DNA of 64,000 bases from the NCBI GenBank assembly GCA_963707025.1, contig CAVPOM010000006.1:384001-448000 (forward strand), given 5' to 3'. Under the pieces are notes generated by a model. The model saw only the letters and a program-made list of their open reading frames with translations, searched no databases and had not been told where the DNA came from. Both the position numbers and the translations under genes were made by a program. This document shows positions 60,325 through 64,000 of the stretch, in pieces. Every line of letters begins with the position of its first letter. Position 1 is the first letter of the stretch. Origin of the DNA: an uncultured Verrucomicrobiae bacterium. GTDB lineage: Bacteria > Verrucomicrobiota > Verrucomicrobiia > Limisphaerales > Palsa-1400.

Positions 60325-60918
60325 TCACCGGTTTCCCAGCGCGATGGATTTCAGTGTGGTATAAGCGGCCCCTTGTGGGGAAAGCACGCTCTGCATCAGA
60401 TCCACTCTTCCCGCCTCCCACTCCCCAAAGGCGCGCTCCTGTGCTCTGGCCAGGGCCTCGGCCAGCTCTCTCCGCCCCGCGGCATTCAATTCCGCAACGC
60501 GGCCGATCGTCAAATGCGCGTGGAATGGGCGGTCCTCGCCAGCGCAACCGCGGGCCAGGAAACCGGCCGCAATCGCCTTTTGCAGGTTTTCCAACGGCCG
60601 CAAATCGCCCGTCAAGCCGGCCCAGATGATGCGCGGCCGGCTCTGATTGGGAAAACATCCCAACCCCGCGACGCCGACTTGGTGCCGGCGGTGTCCCTCG
60701 CAGGCCGCCTGCAGAGCGGATTCCATTTCGGGGAGGCGCGCGCTGGCAATCGGCCCAAGGAAATGCAACGTCAGATGGATTTGTTCGGGCCGGGTCCAGC
60801 GAACCGCCCGCGCCGGCATTCCCTTGCCCAATCCTGCGGCCTCAGCTTGCAGGCCGGCGACGATGTGGGCCGGCGGAAAGATGGCGATGAACAGTCGTTT
60901 TGTTTCGGTTTCGGGCAT
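60325..60918 (-). CDS. thpR: RNA 2',3'-cyclic phosphodiesterase (2H family)
   Basis: RLFIAI, HLTLHFLG, FHAHLTIGR (two HxT motifs). Confidence 0.92.
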   Translation of the reverse strand: MPETETKRLFIAIFPPAHIVAGLQAEAAGLGKGMPARAVRWTRPEQIHLTLHFLGPIASARLPEMESALQAACEGHRRHQVGVAGLGCFPNQSRPRIIWAGLTGDLRPLENLQKAIAAGFLARGCAGEDRPFHAHLTIGRVAELNAAGRRELAEALARAQERAFGEWEAGRVDLMQSVLSPQGAAYTTLKSIALGNR

Positions 60919-61134
60919 AAGCACCGAAAGATGGCAGGCGTGACGTTGGCCCTGACCCATCCTGCGGAATGAGCGCGAGTGATTCAAGCGCAAAATTGGG
61001 GCTTCGCAGCAGAAGAATCGCCGGCTGGTTTCCAAATTGTTCTTGTGAAGATAGAGAACCAGGCTTAGAATCCTTCTTAGGTTTCCCGGCGGGCAGTCGG
61101 GATTCCTTCAGGCATGCTTGGCCTGTCGCAAACC

Positions 61135-62652
61135 ATGAGCAATCAAAGTCACTTGAAGACCGTCCGGTTCTGTTCCTGCCTCTGTTGTCTATTGTGGTTG
61201 GCTGGCATCGCCCCCGTGCGGGCGGCCAACTGGCCCGGCTTCCGCGGGCCTGCGGGGGACGGGACGGCGGAAAAGGAAACGGCGCCGGCGCAGTTTGGCC
61301 CGACCAGCAACCTGCTCTGGAAAACCGAAATCCTTCGCGGCCATTCTTCGCCGGTAATCTGGAACGGCCAATTGTTTCTGACGGGCGAAGATGGGAATAA
61401 GCTGAGTACGATCTGCCTGGACTGCCTGTCGGGCAAGACGCGCTGGGAACAAAGCATCGAGGTGGAGAAACTGGAGAAGATTCATCAAGCCAACTCCCAT
61501 GCGACTTCCACGCCCGTGACGGAAGGAAAGAGGCTCTACGTTTATTTTGGATCCTTTGGGCTGCTGGCCTATGACCTGGCAGGCCAGGAACTCTGGCGCA
61601 AACCTTTGCCGATGGCCAAAACCTTCAACAATCAGGGCACCGGCACCTCTCCCATCCTCGCGGACAACAAGCTCCTGGTTTTCGTTCAAGTTGGGAAAGA
61701 TTCCCACCTCCTGGCGGTGAACCCGGCCGATGGCGGGGTCATCTGGAAGGCGCCCATGCCGGTTTACAACAACAGTTACTCCACCCCCGTTAGCTGGACG
61801 GAAGAAGGCCAGGCCGTGGTGGGCCTGGAGTGCGCCGATCGGTTCACGGCCTTCCATCTGGCCGACGGCACGGAGGCCTGGTGGGTCAATGGTGTCGCTT
61901 TCCAAGCCTGCAGCACACCCGTCCTGGCGCGCGACCGTTTGGTCATCGCCGCCGCGGGCGCGCAAGGAGAGCTGTCCAACATGACGCCCCCGCCCGCTTT
62001 TGAAGAAGCGCTCAAAAAGTATGGCCGGGCCGGGGAGGCGGCGATTGCCTTCGAGGACATTCCCGACGATGTGCTGTTTACAGACCGCCAGAATTCGGGC
62101 GGCCAGGGAAACATGAGCCTCAAGCAGGCCTTCGGCTTGTTTGGCGGTGTCAAAAAAGGCGACAAGGTCAACCGCGAGACCTGGGAGCAGATTTGCGGGA
62201 GGCTGACCGCCTTTCGCACCGGTCCTTATAACCGAACGGTCGTGATGTCCGTGCGCACCGGCGGCCGGCAGGACGTGACGGGGTCGCATATCCAATGGCA
62301 GGAAACCAAGGGAGTGCCGGAAGTGCCTTCCCCCCTGGTCTGGCACGGACGGCTCTATCTGATCCGCAGCGGCGGGCTGCTGGTTTGCCGCGATCTGGAA
62401 AACGGGACGCTCATCTATGAAGAGAGGCTCGATTCCCCGGGTGGTTATTTCGCTTCGCCCCTCCTGGCCGATGGCCGGATTTATCTCGCCTCGGATCGCG
62501 GAACGGTCACCGTCGTCAAGGCGGGGGATTCGTGTGAAGTGCTGGCGCGGAACGAGCTGGGCGAACCGGTCATCGCCTCGCCCGCCATCAGCAACCACAC
62601 CCTCTACATTCGTTCCAGCGGTCAACTTTGGGCCTTTGCAGAGAAGAGATAG
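61135..62652 (+). CDS. secreted PQQ-binding-like beta-propeller protein
   Basis: Signal peptide, NWPGFRGP.G.G, GHSSP, ASP repeats, LYIR. Confidence 0.88.
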   Translation: MSNQSHLKTVRFCSCLCCLLWLAGIAPVRAANWPGFRGPAGDGTAEKETAPAQFGPTSNLLWKTEILRGHSSPVIWNGQLFLTGEDGNKLSTICLDCLSGKTRWEQSIEVEKLEKIHQANSHATSTPVTEGKRLYVYFGSFGLLAYDLAGQELWRKPLPMAKTFNNQGTGTSPILADNKLLVFVQVGKDSHLLAVNPADGGVIWKAPMPVYNNSYSTPVSWTEEGQAVVGLECADRFTAFHLADGTEAWWVNGVAFQACSTPVLARDRLVIAAAGAQGELSNMTPPPAFEEALKKYGRAGEAAIAFEDIPDDVLFTDRQNSGGQGNMSLKQAFGLFGGVKKGDKVNRETWEQICGRLTAFRTGPYNRTVVMSVRTGGRQDVTGSHIQWQETKGVPEVPSPLVWHGRLYLIRSGGLLVCRDLENGTLIYEERLDSPGGYFASPLLADGRIYLASDRGTVTVVKAGDSCEVLARNELGEPVIASPAISNHTLYIRSSGQLWAFAEKR

Positions 62653-62788
62653 CTATGGCGCTTCACGCCGCCGCCAGCAAAATGCATGCGGCGGAGGCGG
62701 CGCATATTTGGCGGCGCGCTCCCCCGACCGCATACGCATCGCCGGCTGCGAAAGCCCGTAATGCGTCAGTGACAGCAGGGACACCGTC

Positions 62789-62898
62789 GGAATGCGCCCG
62801 TCCCCGGGCGCAGCAACGCCCGGACTTCCGCCGCGCCCGACAAATCCCGAAGCCGCCGTGTCTGCGCCGGATGCTGCGCCCGGGGACGGGCGCACTCC
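62789..62898. repeat. REPIN-like inverted pair of 27-bp palindromic units
   Basis: GGAATGCGCCCGTCCCCGGGCGCAGCA (62789-62815) vs reverse complement of 62872-62898, 1 mismatch. Confidence 0.75.
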
Positions 62899-62969
62899 TT
62901 CACCGACGCAGTACGAAAGCGCGCGTTTTGCCTTTGAGTTTGGCGGGCGACAGCGGTTAAGCTGGCTTG

Positions 62970-63677
62970 ATGAATCATAGAGGGATAGCGCGCCGCGCCG
63001 CCATCAGAATAATCTTTGCCTCGTTGGTGTTCACGATGGGGGCCTGTTGCATTGCCGCCGCCTTGCGCGCGCTGGAGCGCGAGTCGCACCTTCTGTCCAC
63101 GATTTGCATTGTGGTTTCGTTGGTCCTGGGCGCGGTTTGGATGCTCTTCGCCGTCTTCACGATTTATTTCTTCCGCGACCCGGAGCCGAATCCTCCCTCC
63201 GGCCCCGGTCTGGTGGTCTCGCCGGGCCACGGGAAAGTGGATGCCATCGAGAAAATCATTGAAACGCAATTCATGGGCGGGCCGTGCCACCGGGTTTCCA
63301 CCTTTTTGTCCGTGATTGATGTTCATGTGCAGAATGCGCCCGTGGCGGGGAAGATCGTCTTTTTCCAACAGACCGCCGGCCAGTTCCTGAGCGCGCTCAA
63401 GGGGGAATCGGCCCTGCACAATGAGAATGTGCTGCTCGGTTTTGCCTCCGCGGAAACGCCGGGAGAAAAAATCGGGGTGCGGCTGATCGCCGGGGTTTTG
63501 GCGCGGCGCATCGTGCCCTTTGTGCAGATGGGCGACGAGGTCAGGCGGGGGGATCGCCTGAGCCTGATTCAATTCGGTTCGCGCTGCGATCTCTACCTGC
63601 CGCTGCATTACAAAATCATGGTCAAGCCGGGTGATAAAGTTGTTGGCAGCCAGACGGTGATGGCGGCAAAATCCTGA
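62970..63677 (+). CDS. psd: phosphatidylserine decarboxylase proenzyme
   Basis: YFFRDP, FLS..DVH.Q.AP, ARRI, FGS self-cleavage motif. Confidence 0.92.
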   Translation: MNHRGIARRAAIRIIFASLVFTMGACCIAAALRALERESHLLSTICIVVSLVLGAVWMLFAVFTIYFFRDPEPNPPSGPGLVVSPGHGKVDAIEKIIETQFMGGPCHRVSTFLSVIDVHVQNAPVAGKIVFFQQTAGQFLSALKGESALHNENVLLGFASAETPGEKIGVRLIAGVLARRIVPFVQMGDEVRRGDRLSLIQFGSRCDLYLPLHYKIMVKPGDKVVGSQTVMAAKS

Positions 63678-63680
63678 ATC

Positions 63681-64000
63681 ATGGAAAAACATCCTCCAAG
63701 CGCGGAAAGCGAACGGCCCCAGGCGAAGCTCAGGATTTATTTTCTGCCCAACCTGATGACGGCGGGAAATCTGTTTTGCGGTTTTGTCGCGCTGACCAAG
63801 ATCGTGGAGGCGAAGATCGGGGCCGATGGCAAGATGGATGCCAGCGCGTTTTTGGAAATCAAATTGGCCCTGGCGTTTATCCTGCTGGCCTGCATTTTTG
63901 ACCTGCTGGACGGCCGCCTGGCGCGCATGGGCGGGGTGGAGAGCGACTTTGGCCGCGAATTTGATTCGCTAGCGGACCTGATTTCATTCGGGGCGGCGCC
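63681..64000 (+). CDS. pssA: CDP-diacylglycerol--serine O-phosphatidyltransferase (runs off window)
   Basis: Manual translation LPNLMTAGNLFCGF...FDLLDGRLAR...SDFGREFDSLADLISFG. Confidence 0.92.
   Translation, partial: MEKHPPSAESERPQAKLRIYFLPNLMTAGNLFCGFVALTKIVEAKIGADGKMDASAFLEIKLALAFILLACIFDLLDGRLARMGGVESDFGREFDSLADLISFGAA

Overview
This is high-GC bacterial chromosome, most consistent with Verrucomicrobiota (Pedosphaerales/subdivision 3-like). That call is an inference from protein styles, the ECF-sigma fusion and the intergenic repeats. The centre (9.26-41.65 kb) is the translation/transcription supercluster, arranged back-to-back. On the minus strand: tRNA-Thr, tuf, tRNA-Trp, tRNA-Ser, secE, nusG, rplKAJL, rpoBC, riddled with indels that are almost certainly consensus errors. 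On the plus strand: str (no tuf), S10, spc (no rpmD, no adk) and alpha operons, where many ribosomal proteins carry Ala/Pro-rich tails. The left flank holds an M28 peptidase, rpoZ, smpB, rpmB, recF, a MazF-like TA pair, a divergent GT-A-like protein, a CBM48 protein, a BNR/YCF48 protein and an istB remnant. The right flank holds a membrane-anchored ECF sigma factor, glnD, a Cu-ATPase, ParDE, a sulfatase, an accessory island, VapBC, anSME, thpR, a PQQ-like propeller, psd and pssA. The island contains a RAYT-like transposase remnant, an Rhs core with a 64-aa 8-Cys C-terminal peptide, an IS4 element with a 9-bp TSD, and a small membrane ORF. The most intriguing signal is a three-copy 68-128 bp non-coding repeat starting with a GG(G/A)TCAGACC motif. 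Two copies bracket the Rhs cassette as inverted repeats and one abuts the variable 3' end of the ECF gene, suggesting a cassette-capture or shuffling system. No CRISPR array or rRNA was seen.
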